Positions 19,108-28,819 of a stretch of 64,000 nucleotides of DNA are shown here, piece after piece (position 1 is the stretch's first letter; each line of letters opens with the position of its first letter). The stretch lies in the NCBI GenBank assembly GCA_044344255.1, contig JBIJDH010000018.1:32001-96000 (forward strand), read 5' to 3'. This DNA is from Myxococcota bacterium (GTDB taxonomy: Bacteria; Myxococcota_A; UBA796; UBA2385). The notes below the pieces were generated by a model that saw nothing but the letters and a program-made list of their open reading frames with translations, made no database searches and was not told the origin of the DNA. A program made the translations under genes and the position numbers.

Positions 19108-19869
19108 GTGCTGCTGCTCGCTTCCATCGCGTTCGCGCACGACCTCTGGCTCTCGCCGGCCACGCTCACCCCACCGCGTGGCCCCGCGCCCGCCGTCGTT
19201 TTGCGGCTGGGCGAGGACCTCGTGGTGGAGGAGGAGCGGCCCCTCGAGGCCGTGAAGGCCACGCGCTGGGTGCATGCGTGGAAGGGTCGCCGCGAGGAGC
19301 TGCTACGGGACGGAGTCCTCACCCAAATCGGCACGCTCGGGCGCGGGTGGCACGTCCTTGCCATGGATCGCACCCCGGCGCTCCTGGAGCTGCCCGCCGA
19401 CCGCTTCCGCGCCTACCTCGCGGAGGAGGGGCTCACGGACGTCGTGGCGCGCCGGGACGAGCTCGGCGAGGGCGAGGCTCCCGGCCGAGAGCGCTACCGA
19501 CGCTGCCTCAAGGCGCTCGTCCGCGTCGGTGAAGCGCCCTCAGCGGGTTGGGACAGCCGTCTCGGCCAGCCGCTGGAGCTCGTCGCAGCGGATCCGCCGG
19601 CGTCCGTGGAGGCCGGCGCCGACTGGCGCGTCCGCGTGTGGTTCCAGGACGCGCCGCTCCGTGGCGCGCGGCTGCGCCTCACTGTCAACGGCGCGGCGGG
19701 GCCGCGAAGCGTCGACGCCACCTCGGACGCAGAGGGCTACGCCACGTTCGTCGCGCCCGGGGCCGGCGACGCGCTGGTCACCATGGTCCATATGCAACGC
19801 GCGCAACCGGGCGACACGGTGGAGTGGGAGAGCTGGTGGGGGGCACTGTCGCTCCCGCTCGGGCGCTGA
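19108..19869 (+). CDS. DUF4198 family periplasmic protein
   Basis: AFAHDLWLSP mature N-terminal His, ERYRRCLKAL, GQPLELV and TSDAEGYATF. Confidence 0.8.
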   Translation: MLLLASIAFAHDLWLSPATLTPPRGPAPAVVLRLGEDLVVEEERPLEAVKATRWVHAWKGRREELLRDGVLTQIGTLGRGWHVLAMDRTPALLELPADRFRAYLAEEGLTDVVARRDELGEGEAPGRERYRRCLKALVRVGEAPSAGWDSRLGQPLELVAADPPASVEAGADWRVRVWFQDAPLRGARLRLTVNGAAGPRSVDATSDAEGYATFVAPGAGDALVTMVHMQRAQPGDTVEWESWWGALSLPLGR

Positions 19870-19995
19870 GACATCGACGATGGAGTACGCGCGCCCGCTC
19901 GTCGCGCAGGAGCGCGGAACATCTCCGGCGCGCGCGCAGGCGCGGAGCGGATCGCCGCCGGTCCCGGATTACACAGTGAACCTTTGGAAGGCACG

Positions 19996-20766
19996 ATGAC
20001 GGAGCAATACGCACAAGCGGCGACCGGACGGTGGATGGACGAGGCCGGCGTGGTGCCGGGGATGCGCGTGCTCGACGTCGGCTGCGGGCCCGGCGCCGTG
20101 ACCGCGTTGCTGCTGGAGCGAGTGGGTCCTGAGGGCCGGGTGGTCGGCATCGACCGGGCGCCCCCGCTCCTCGAGCTCGCCGCGGCCCGCAACCCGGACC
20201 CGCGCGCGACCTTCGTTCGCGCCGACCTGGACGCCGCGCTCCCTGAGCTTGGCGCGTTCGACGCCGTGGTCGGCCGGCGCGTCCTGATGTACCTGAAAGA
20301 CCCGGCGGCGACGCTCGCCCGGATGGTGGCGCTCGTCCGCCCTGGCGGCGTGGTGCTCTTCCAGGAGCTCGTGATCGACACCGCGCCGACGGGGCTCCGC
20401 CTCCACGATGCGCTGCGGGACGCGCTCGTCGGCATGCTCGCGCACGAGTCCGCGTCCTGGACCCTGGGGCGCGCGCTGCCCGGGATCTTTCGGCGCGCGG
20501 GGTTGCCTGCTCCGGTGTTGCGCGCCGAGATCGGCGTGGCCGCTCCGGGACAGCCAGACACGCTCGCCGCCCGCGTGGGGATGATGAAGGAGCGCCTCGC
20601 CGCGGGCGGGGCCTCGCCGGAGCTGCTGGACACCGACACCCTGGGCGCGCGCCTGCACGCGGAGCGGGAGGAGGCCGGCGTGGCGTGGCTGGCGGAGGCG
20701 GCGGTCGTCGCGTGGACCCGGGTTGGCGAGCGTCCAGCCGACACCGCCGGTCAGCGCCACCCGTAG
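19996..20766 (+). CDS. Class I SAM-dependent methyltransferase
   Basis: GMRVLDVGCGPG, VVGIDR, FDAVVGRRVLMYL and VRPGG. Confidence 0.88.
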   Translation: MTEQYAQAATGRWMDEAGVVPGMRVLDVGCGPGAVTALLLERVGPEGRVVGIDRAPPLLELAAARNPDPRATFVRADLDAALPELGAFDAVVGRRVLMYLKDPAATLARMVALVRPGGVVLFQELVIDTAPTGLRLHDALRDALVGMLAHESASWTLGRALPGIFRRAGLPAPVLRAEIGVAAPGQPDTLAARVGMMKERLAAGGASPELLDTDTLGARLHAEREEAGVAWLAEAAVVAWTRVGERPADTAGQRHP

Positions 20767-20789
20767 GTCGATGCCGGGGGGCCGTCCTT

Positions 20790-21416
20790 CGACGCCCGCG
20801 CCGACCTCGTGGTCGGGCGCGCCCGCGTCGACGCGGAGCGGATCGACTTCTTCAGCCTCCGGCTCGGCGGTGGCTTCCACTTCGAAGACGCCGAGGACCG
20901 GGCCGGCATCGCTGGACGAACGCCCACGGGCTTCGAGTTCTGGCGCTCGCCGACCGTCGCGGGGACCGTGTGGATTGCCGAGGGGCATGGCGTCGTGCTG
21001 GTCGGTCCTGTGCAGGTCACCATCGAGGGCGCCGCGGCGTCGGGGGGCGCTCCGAGGACACGGACGGCAACCCCGACACCCCGCGCGCCGAGCTGGATCC
21101 GGTTCAGTCGTGGGGGACGTCTGGAGAGGTGGCCTGGATGGTGACCGGGCAGCATCGGCGGCCGGGGGCGTGCCCGGTCGCCGGCGAGAAGATCGGCGTC
21201 GAGGTCGCGGGGGGCGGCGAGCGACTCTCGCTCGGTGGCGGCGCCTCGGGCGGCGAACTCGCCGTGCGGGTGTGGCACCCGATCGGGCTCGGCGGCGGCG
21301 TATCCGGCGGCTGGTTCCTCTACGACACCGTCCCGCTGGAGGAGCCCGAGGCGACGTCGTCATGGCATGTCGCGGCCCGCGTCACCGCCCGGTGGTTGTG
21401 GAGGGGTGATGGCCGG
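20790..21416 (+). pseudogene. Fragmented gene remnant(s) without a clear start
   Basis: Protein-like pieces in different frames (RIDFFSLRLGGGFHFED...; GVEVAGGG...WFLYDTVPLEE...WLW); the last piece is duplicated at 29886-30002. Confidence 0.45.
21300..21416 (+). repeat. Diverged 117-bp direct repeat, copy 1 (copy 2 at 29886-30002)
   Basis: Translations are identical at 29/39 aa, ungapped. Confidence 0.8.
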
Positions 21417-21498
21417 AGAGGAGCGGGACGGCGGTCTGGCCCCGCACGCGCCTGCGCCGACCTGGTCATTGCCTCGCTGCAGGCCGTCCCGAGCCCCC

Positions 21499-22329
21499 TC
21501 ACCACGTCCGCCCCCCGTGCCCCTCCCCATGGCACGAGCCCTCGCATTGCCGCGTCGGCAACCAGTCCATCCCCTCGGGGAGCGCGACGTCGGCGATGCC
21601 GTCGACGTGCCGCGCCGCGTCGGCGAGCGCGCCGGAGGCGTCCAGCGTGGCCGAGTGACACTCCGCGCACGCGAGCCCCTCGTCCAGGTGCCGCTTGTGA
21701 TCTCCGCTCATCCCGGCCCAGGCCGCGCCTTCGCTCTCCGCGGAGGCGTGGCAGTCGTCGCACGCGGCGAAGGTCTGCCCGACCGCCGCGGTGCCGTCGT
21801 TCCCCTGGCCGTTCCCGTGGCAGTACAGGTTGGAGCAGGTCCCGGACCCGGCGTACACCGCCGCCGGTGAGATCCCACCGGCAAAGGCGACCTCAGCGAC
21901 CGAGGGCGTCGCGTCCCCGTGGAACACGTGCCCCTCCGAGAGGGCATCGGCTGGGCGGGTGTGACATTGGACGCAGTCGTACGCCCCATGCAGGTTGGTG
22001 GTCACGTGCGCGGTGTGCGCCGCGAAGCTGATGTCGGCGTCGGCGCCGTCGATGTCTCGCGGAGGCGCGCCGGATGGCTCGTTGGTGCCGCCGTGGCAGA
22101 ACGTGCAGTCGGTGCGCCATCCCACGGGGTGACACGTGTCACAGGAGACAGCGGCCCCTTCCCCGGAAAGATCGGCGCCGTGGCAGTCCACGCAGACTTC
22201 CGCCTGGCTCTTGGCCGCGACACCGTGGACGGTCGGCGCCGCGAACCCGTCCGGATGGTGAGCGGCCGTCGCGGTGTCCTTTCCCGTGGGCGAGCAGGCG
22301 ACGAGGGTGGCGAGGAGGAGGGCGGTCAC
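21499..22329 (-). CDS. Multiheme c-type cytochrome lipoprotein (CxxxxCH/CxxCH type)
   Basis: LVAC lipobox; CVDCH, CDTCH, CTFCH, CVQCH, CDDCH and CAECH plus atypical CSNLYCH and CEGSCH. Confidence 0.88.
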   Translation of the reverse strand: MTALLLATLVACSPTGKDTATAAHHPDGFAAPTVHGVAAKSQAEVCVDCHGADLSGEGAAVSCDTCHPVGWRTDCTFCHGGTNEPSGAPPRDIDGADADISFAAHTAHVTTNLHGAYDCVQCHTRPADALSEGHVFHGDATPSVAEVAFAGGISPAAVYAGSGTCSNLYCHGNGQGNDGTAAVGQTFAACDDCHASAESEGAAWAGMSGDHKRHLDEGLACAECHSATLDASGALADAARHVDGIADVALPEGMDWLPTRQCEGSCHGEGHGGRTW

Positions 22330-22370
22330 GCCGTGTCCGTTACCCCGCCACCGTGCGCGTCGGCGCCGAG

Positions 22371-22387
22371 TGCGACAACTTGCCGCA
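22371..22387. promoter_or_regulatory. RegR/RegA-type box in the divergent promoter region
   Basis: tgcgacaacttgccgca; reverse complement is t-GCGGC-AAGTT-GTCGC-a, a perfect GCGGC-N5-GTCGC. Confidence 0.7.
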
Positions 22388-22441
22388 TTGCGTTGATCCT
22401 CCGCTCGCCGCTATCCGTACGACCCACTGTACGAGGAGCCC

Positions 22442-23341
22442 ATGGCACCGCCCACCTCCCTCCGCGCCCTTGCCATCGCCGCCTTCGCCACCTTCGGCGC
22501 AGGCTGTACCGGCCACGATCACGACGACACCGCCCACGCCGATGACACCGCGCACGAGGCGGACACCGACACCGATACGGACGCCGACACCGATACGGAC
22601 ACCGACACCGACGTTGTCGACCCCCTGACCACGGACGACGACCTCGACGGCGTGAGCGAGAACGACGGCGACTGCAACGATCGCAACGACGCCGTCTACC
22701 CCGGCGCGCGCGAGCGCAGCTTTGACGGCGTCGACTCCGACTGTGACGGCGCCGAGCTCCCCGCCGGCGGTTCGGACCGCTACGCCGAGGCGCTCCCCCT
22801 CCTCGACACCGACGAGGACGGCGCGGTCTCCTTCGAGGAGTTCGACGCGGCGTGCACCGCCTCGGCGATGGTGCTCGGGGAGGCGAATCCGGGCGTGGTC
22901 CAGACCCACGTGAGCTGCGGCGGCACCAACAGCTGCCGGGGCATGGTCCTGCACCCGTGGAACGAGCTCTACGAGCACGACTGTCGCGGCGTGAACGGCT
23001 GCGCCGGGTGGAGCTGCGTCGAGACGGTGGACGGTGCGGGGCGGGACGGCGCCACCGTCTACACCGAAGCCACGTGCGACTGGTGCCATGGCGGAGAGGG
23101 CACCTTCCTCGTCCACACGCCGGCCGGGGAGGACCCGGAGAGCTGGATCGCCACCTTCTTCGACCGCACCGACACGGAGTTCCGCTCCGCGATCGCCTTC
23201 GGGATGGACGGGATCGACTCCGATGGCGTGGCCACGCGCGACATGCCCGGCTTCCACGAGCGGATCTCCCGGGCCGAGATGGACGCGGTGATCGCGTACA
23301 TCCGCACGCTCCCGGTCGCGGCCCCGCCCGAAGAAGAGTGA
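22442..23341 (+). CDS. Lipoprotein with bufferin-like Cys motifs fused to class I cytochrome c; putative MNIO substrate
   Basis: GAGC lipobox, His/Asp-rich linker, (DT)n, one MopE-like repeat, EF-hand-like DTDEDGAVSFEEF, HVSCGGTNSCRG and HDCRGVNGCAG, then CDWCH...DMPGF...AVIAYIRTL. Confidence 0.8.
   Translation: MAPPTSLRALAIAAFATFGAGCTGHDHDDTAHADDTAHEADTDTDTDADTDTDTDTDVVDPLTTDDDLDGVSENDGDCNDRNDAVYPGARERSFDGVDSDCDGAELPAGGSDRYAEALPLLDTDEDGAVSFEEFDAACTASAMVLGEANPGVVQTHVSCGGTNSCRGMVLHPWNELYEHDCRGVNGCAGWSCVETVDGAGRDGATVYTEATCDWCHGGEGTFLVHTPAGEDPESWIATFFDRTDTEFRSAIAFGMDGIDSDGVATRDMPGFHERISRAEMDAVIAYIRTLPVAAPPEEE
22562..22612 (+). repeat. (GACACC)-type coding microsatellite, Asp-Thr linker
   Basis: Encodes DTDTDTDADTDTDTDTD. 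Confidence 0.9.
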
Positions 23342-24150
23342 GCATCGCGCGCGACGCCCTGGGCATCGGCCTGAGGCGCCCGCACGTGGACGCCCTCCTC
23401 GCCGAGCACGCGCCCATCGGCTTCCTCGAGGTGATCGCCGAGAACCACCTCGACGCGGGCTCCCTTCCGCGGGCGCGCCTCGACGAGATCGCGGCGCGCT
23501 ACCCCGTCGTCGGGCACGGCGTCGCGCTGAACCTCGTGGGCGCGGAGCCGCTCGACCTCGTGCACCTGGAGCGCGTTCGGGAGTTGGTGCGGGCCTACGG
23601 GATGCCCTGGTTCAGCGACCACCTCTGCTGGTCGGCCTCCGGCGGGCACCGTCACCACGACCTGTTGCCCGCACCCTACGATCCCGAGCTGGTGCCCTAC
23701 GTGGCCGCCCGCGCGCGCTTCGTGCAGGACTTCCTCGGCGTGCCGTTCGGCATCGAGAACCTCTCGTCCTACGTCGCCTGGGGCCGCGACCGGATGCCGG
23801 AGTGGGAGTTCTATCGGCGAGTCGTGGACGCGTCGGATTGCTGGTACATGCTCGATCTGAACAACATGTATGTGTCGAGCGTGAACCACGGCTTCGACCC
23901 CATGGACTACCTTGCCTCCGTGCGGTGGGACCGGGTGCTCCAAGTGCACATGGCGGGGCACCTCGTGCGGCCCGACGGGCTCCGGCACGACACGCACGAC
24001 CGTCCCGTCTGCGCCGAGGTCTGGGCGCTGTACCGCGAGGCGTGGGCGCTGGGCGGGCCGTTCCCGACGCTGCTGGAGTGGGACGACCAGGTGCCGCCGC
24101 TGCCCGAGGTGCTCGCCGAGGTCGCCAAGGCGGCGAGCGTGCGCACGTGA
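23338..24150 (+). CDS. DUF692 family multinuclear non-heme iron oxidative enzyme (MNIO, BufB/HvfB-like)
   Basis: GIGLRRPH, EVIAEN, HGVALNL, WFSDHLCW, DLLP, IENLSSY, LDLNNMYV, QVHMAGH, DTHD and TLLEWD; GTGA overlap with the upstream gene. Confidence 0.93.
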   Translation: MSIARDALGIGLRRPHVDALLAEHAPIGFLEVIAENHLDAGSLPRARLDEIAARYPVVGHGVALNLVGAEPLDLVHLERVRELVRAYGMPWFSDHLCWSASGGHRHHDLLPAPYDPELVPYVAARARFVQDFLGVPFGIENLSSYVAWGRDRMPEWEFYRRVVDASDCWYMLDLNNMYVSSVNHGFDPMDYLASVRWDRVLQVHMAGHLVRPDGLRHDTHDRPVCAEVWALYREAWALGGPFPTLLEWDDQVPPLPEVLAEVAKAASVRT

Positions 24151-25067
24151 CGTCGCTTCCGCCGCCGCCCCCGTGGCTCGCGCCGCTCCAGGAGGCGTTC
24201 GGCGCGCTGCTGGAGACGCCGCTCGACGCGACGGGCGGCACCCTGCGCTCCTCTGCCGACGCGCCGGCGCTCACGGCGGCGCTGGCGGACCCGGCCACGG
24301 CGCGGGCGCGCCTCGCGCTCTACCACGAGCAGTACTGGATGCGCCTCTACGGCTCGCTCCACGCGGAGCTGCCGCGGTTCGCGCAGGTCGTCGGGTATTG
24401 GCGCTTCAATGGGCTCGCCACGCTCCACCTCCGTGAGGCGCCGCCCACGCGCGTGGACCTCGCGCGCTGCGGAGACGGCCTCGCCGCGCGGCTCCTCGCC
24501 GGGATCGATCGCGTCGCCGCCACGGCCCCGCCGCCCGGCACCCCCGACACCCGGCCGATCGGACTGCTGGTCACAGTCGCGGGCCCCTGGGAAGCCGCGC
24601 TGCGATCGGTGTCGGCGCCCGTCGACCTCGCCCGGCAGGCGCTTCGAATGGACGAGGCGGCGCGCCGCGCCCTCGCCTCCCCGTTCGCGGGCGTGTGGCG
24701 GCCGTCCGGCGCCGACGCCGCCTCGCTCCCCGAGCGGCGGCTGCGCTTCGCGCCGTCGTTCCGCCTCCTGCGGGAGGACTGGGCCCTCGCCGAACGCGCC
24801 GTGCCATCGGACCCGCCCGCGCCCTTCGCGCGCCACGCCGAGCCGTGGTTCTGGGTGTCGTTCCGCGCCGAGCGCACGACCGCCCTGGCGCGGGTCGAGC
24901 CGGGCTTCGCGCGACTCCTGGCGCTGGCTGCGGAGCGGCCGTTCGGCGAGGCGATCGACGCGCTCGCGCAAGGCCGCGACCCGACGGAGACGGCGGCGTT
25001 GGGCGCGGCGCTCCCCGGTTGGATCGAGCGCGCGTTGACCTCCGGATGGTGGATCGGGGCGCGGTGA
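24147..25067 (+). CDS. DUF2063-like MNIO partner (BufC/HvfC-like)
   Basis: LQEAFGALL...ARLALYHEQYWMRL...LPRFAQVVG...F N-terminal pattern; coupled to the DUF692 gene. Confidence 0.8.
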   Translation: MTSLPPPPPWLAPLQEAFGALLETPLDATGGTLRSSADAPALTAALADPATARARLALYHEQYWMRLYGSLHAELPRFAQVVGYWRFNGLATLHLREAPPTRVDLARCGDGLAARLLAGIDRVAATAPPPGTPDTRPIGLLVTVAGPWEAALRSVSAPVDLARQALRMDEAARRALASPFAGVWRPSGADAASLPERRLRFAPSFRLLREDWALAERAVPSDPPAPFARHAEPWFWVSFRAERTTALARVEPGFARLLALAAERPFGEAIDALAQGRDPTETAALGAALPGWIERALTSGWWIGAR

Positions 25068-25222
25068 GCGGGGATGTCGGACCCGGAGGAGGGCGCCAGA
25101 GAGCGTCGGTGCCCCTGCGGGCGGCGGTCGGCGCCCGCGGCTCACGCCGCGGCCATCGACGGTGCCCCGGAGGAGGGTGCGGCCGCGCTCGGCGGGGGCT
25201 ACCCTGGTCCCGAGGAGCCCTG

Positions 25223-26041
<819 letters not shown>

Positions 26042-26120
26042 AGCAGGCTGGCGTCGCGCCTCGTCGAGCCGCTTGCCACGGGCGTCGTAGGCCCGCAGCT
26101 CCAACGTTAGGAAGCTCCCC

Positions 26121-26915
26121 GTGCACCCACCCCCGCCCACCCTCGCGCTCCGCTGGCTCGTCCGCCTCCGCTGGTGGGCCGTGGGCGCGCAAGCGGGCGT
26201 GCTCGCCGCCGCGACATTGGGCCTCGACGTCGACCTTCCGCTCCCAGCGCTCGCGGGCGTGGTGGGCACCGTGGCGCTCTCGAACGTCGCGCTCTCGCGG
26301 CTCCAGCGCGTCCATCCCTTGCTCCTCCCCGGCACGCTCCTGGCCGCGGAGCTCGAGGCGGACGACACGCTCGGCGCGGACACACGGGAGGATCTCGCCC
26401 TCATCCGCCGCGAGACGGAGCGCTGCCGCGCCATCCTCGCCCGGATGTCCACCGAGCCCGGGGTGCACCCCGGCGAGACGCTCGCGCCGATCGCCCTCGC
26501 CGGCGCGCTCAGCCGGATGAAGGAGCGATTCGGTCCCCGCGCGGAGCGGATCTCCGTTCACGCCGCGCCCGAGACGGTCGTGCGGGCCCCCGCCGCCGCG
26601 GTCGAGCGCGCCCTCGCCGGCCTCGTGGACAACGCGCTCCGGGCCGCACCGGCGCCCGCGCTGGTGCGGATCGAGGCGACCGAGCGGGACGGGCGGGTCT
26701 CCATCGCCGTCTGCGACACGGGTCCCGGCATCCCACCCGAGCACCTCGGCAAGGTCGGAGAGCCGTTCTTCACGACGCGACCCGCGGGAGAAGGCATGGG
26801 CCTCGGCGTCTTCCTCGCCCGGCGGCTCGCCGAGGAGCTCGGGGGGGCCTTCCTCGTGGAGTCGGCTCCCGGCCGCACCGTGGTGACGCTCACGCTCCCG
26901 GGCCATCCGGCATGA
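26121..26915 (+). pseudogene. Internally deleted RegB-type kinase
   Basis: Retains LALRWL N-terminus, RCRAIL, LVDNA, PFFTT and GMGLG but lacks the later TMs and the H-box His. Confidence 0.75.
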
Positions 26916-27055
26916 CTGATGAACAACCTTCGCTCCTGCTCGTCGAGGACGACGAGACGCTTCGCGAGCGCCTCACGCGCGCGTTCGCTCGGCGGGGCTA
27001 CGCGGTGACGGGCGCCGGCACCGTGAGCGAGGCCCTGACCGTCGCGCGCGCTCCG
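26912..27055 (+). pseudogene. Truncated RegA-type response regulator
   Basis: MTDEQPSLLLVEDDETLRERLTRAFARRGY...ALTVARA; similarity ends before the phospho-acceptor Asp. Confidence 0.75.
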
Positions 27056-27110
27056 CCGACGCGGACCTCCGCGCCTCCGCCGGCCTGCTCCTCGTGCACC
27101 CGACCCAGGA

Positions 27111-27473
27111 GTGACCGTGCTCTTCCTCCTCCTCGCCTGTGTCGACTCCGGTACGGCCGACACGGCGGCCGACGCGTCCATCACCTTCCTCGACCCGGTG
27201 GACGGTGACACGCTCGCCGTCGGCGCGCACCCGGTCTCCCTGATCGTGGACGGCTTCTCCCTCGTCGAGGCGAAGCACAACGAAGGCACGCCGGTCGGGT
27301 TCCTCGTGGTCCGGCTCGACGGCGAGGAGGTCCTCTCGACTGGCGAGACCATCTTCGACGTGGACTTCCCCGTGGCGGGGGACGTGACGCTCTCCGCCGC
27401 CCTCCAGTACGCCGACGGCGACGCGCTCGACCCGCCCGTGGAGGACAGCATCGGCCTCACGATCACCCCGTAG
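27111..27473 (+). CDS. Small lipoprotein, predicted beta-sandwich
   Basis: LLLAC lipobox; ITFLDPVDGDT pattern; 120 aa. Confidence 0.7.
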   Translation: MTVLFLLLACVDSGTADTAADASITFLDPVDGDTLAVGAHPVSLIVDGFSLVEAKHNEGTPVGFLVVRLDGEEVLSTGETIFDVDFPVAGDVTLSAALQYADGDALDPPVEDSIGLTITP

Positions 27474-27621
27474 GGATCCGGAGGCGGGGCGCCTGGACCG
27501 CGCGGACGCGGCCAGCGCGGAGACGGGGGTGCCGTCGCGGTCGGCGGAGGCACCGGAGCCTCCGGCGGTCGCGGAGGCTGCGTCGTCGCCGCGGCGCGGA
27601 GCGGCCGCCCCCCTGCGCCCG

Positions 27622-28812
27622 TCACTCCTCGAACGGATCGCTGTGGGCCGGGTTCTCCACGAACGTGTGGTCCGTGAACGATTCGAGGAACGCGACCACC
27701 GCGTCGATCTCCTCGTCCGTCGCGTCGAATCCCCGGATGAGACCCGACTTCAGAGGGCTGACGCGGCCGTCTCCCGCGTAGTCCCCGTCCTCGATCACGC
27801 GCCCGCCCGCAGCATAGTGCTCGACCATCTCGCGGAGGGTGGGGATGCTCCCGTCGTGCGTGTACGGCGCGGTGAGCTCGACGTTGCGCAGGCTGGGGGG
27901 ACGGAAGAATCCACGCAGATCGAGATCGATCCGAACGTCGTAGAGCCCCTGATCGTAGGCTGGATAGCTCCCCTCTCCGTCGACGTTGTAGAGGCCCGTG
28001 TTGAAGAACGGGTATTGGATCGTGTCAGCGGTCGTCCGCCAGTCACGGTAGGAGCCGGTCGCGTTCGTGCCACCATGGCAGTGGAAACACTCGAACTTCT
28101 CCCCGTTGAACAACGTCATGCCCGACTTCTGCTGATCGGTCAGGGCGTCCCGGTCGCCGGAGACGAACCGGTCATAGGCGCTGTCGCCCGACACGAGGCT
28201 CCGGCAGAAGCTGGCCAGGGAGTACGCGATCTTGTTGAGCGTGGCGCCTGACTCGCTCTCCGGGAACGCCTCAGCGAACATGCCTGCGTAGGTGGGGTCG
28301 TCATCGAAGCGCGATAGGACCTCGGCCTGAACGCCGTCGTTGACGCCCAACTCCACCGGGTTGTCCCCGGTGATGGGCACGAGGAGCTGGTTCTCCATCT
28401 CCAACATGCCATCGTGCGCCCACGTCAGCGTGGAGTACCAAGCGACATTCGCCAGCCCCGGGCTGTTGCGAACCAACGTCTCCCCGGTCGAGCCCTGCGG
28501 GGAGCTCTTGCCGTCGGAGAACGCCAGCTCCTGGAGGTGGCAGTTCGCGCACGCCTGGGTCCCGTTTCCCGAGAGGCGCTCGTCGTAGAACAGGTATCGA
28601 CCGAGCTCGATCTTCTCGGGCGTGAGCGGATTGTAGTCCGGGATGTACGGCACCTCGAGGTGGTCCGGCAGGTCCAGGAGCTCGCGGACGTAGGCCTGCT
28701 CGTCGCCCTCGGCCGCGGGCGCGTCCGGATCGACGACCTCGTCGGGCTCGCACGCCGCGACTCCACCCAGCCCGAGCACGACGACGAGACGGAACGCCGG
28801 GATGGATCGCAC
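27622..28812 (-). CDS. mbnH: MbnH-type di-heme enzyme (bCcP/MauG superfamily)
   Basis: NPLTPEKIELGRYLFYD, CANCH, RNSPGLAN, CFHCH and FRPPSLRNVELTAPYTHDGS; directly downstream of mbnP. Confidence 0.85.
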   Translation of the reverse strand: MRSIPAFRLVVVLGLGGVAACEPDEVVDPDAPAAEGDEQAYVRELLDLPDHLEVPYIPDYNPLTPEKIELGRYLFYDERLSGNGTQACANCHLQELAFSDGKSSPQGSTGETLVRNSPGLANVAWYSTLTWAHDGMLEMENQLLVPITGDNPVELGVNDGVQAEVLSRFDDDPTYAGMFAEAFPESESGATLNKIAYSLASFCRSLVSGDSAYDRFVSGDRDALTDQQKSGMTLFNGEKFECFHCHGGTNATGSYRDWRTTADTIQYPFFNTGLYNVDGEGSYPAYDQGLYDVRIDLDLRGFFRPPSLRNVELTAPYTHDGSIPTLREMVEHYAAGGRVIEDGDYAGDGRVSPLKSGLIRGFDATDEEIDAVVAFLESFTDHTFVENPAHSDPFEE

Positions 28813-28819
28813 GTGGCCC

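Noticed and set aside
25068..25222. Riboswitch or operator before the YtkA-like gene (cccggaggaggg occurs twice)
   Set aside because: A 12-bp GC-rich repeat only; no recognised riboswitch core and no RegA box.
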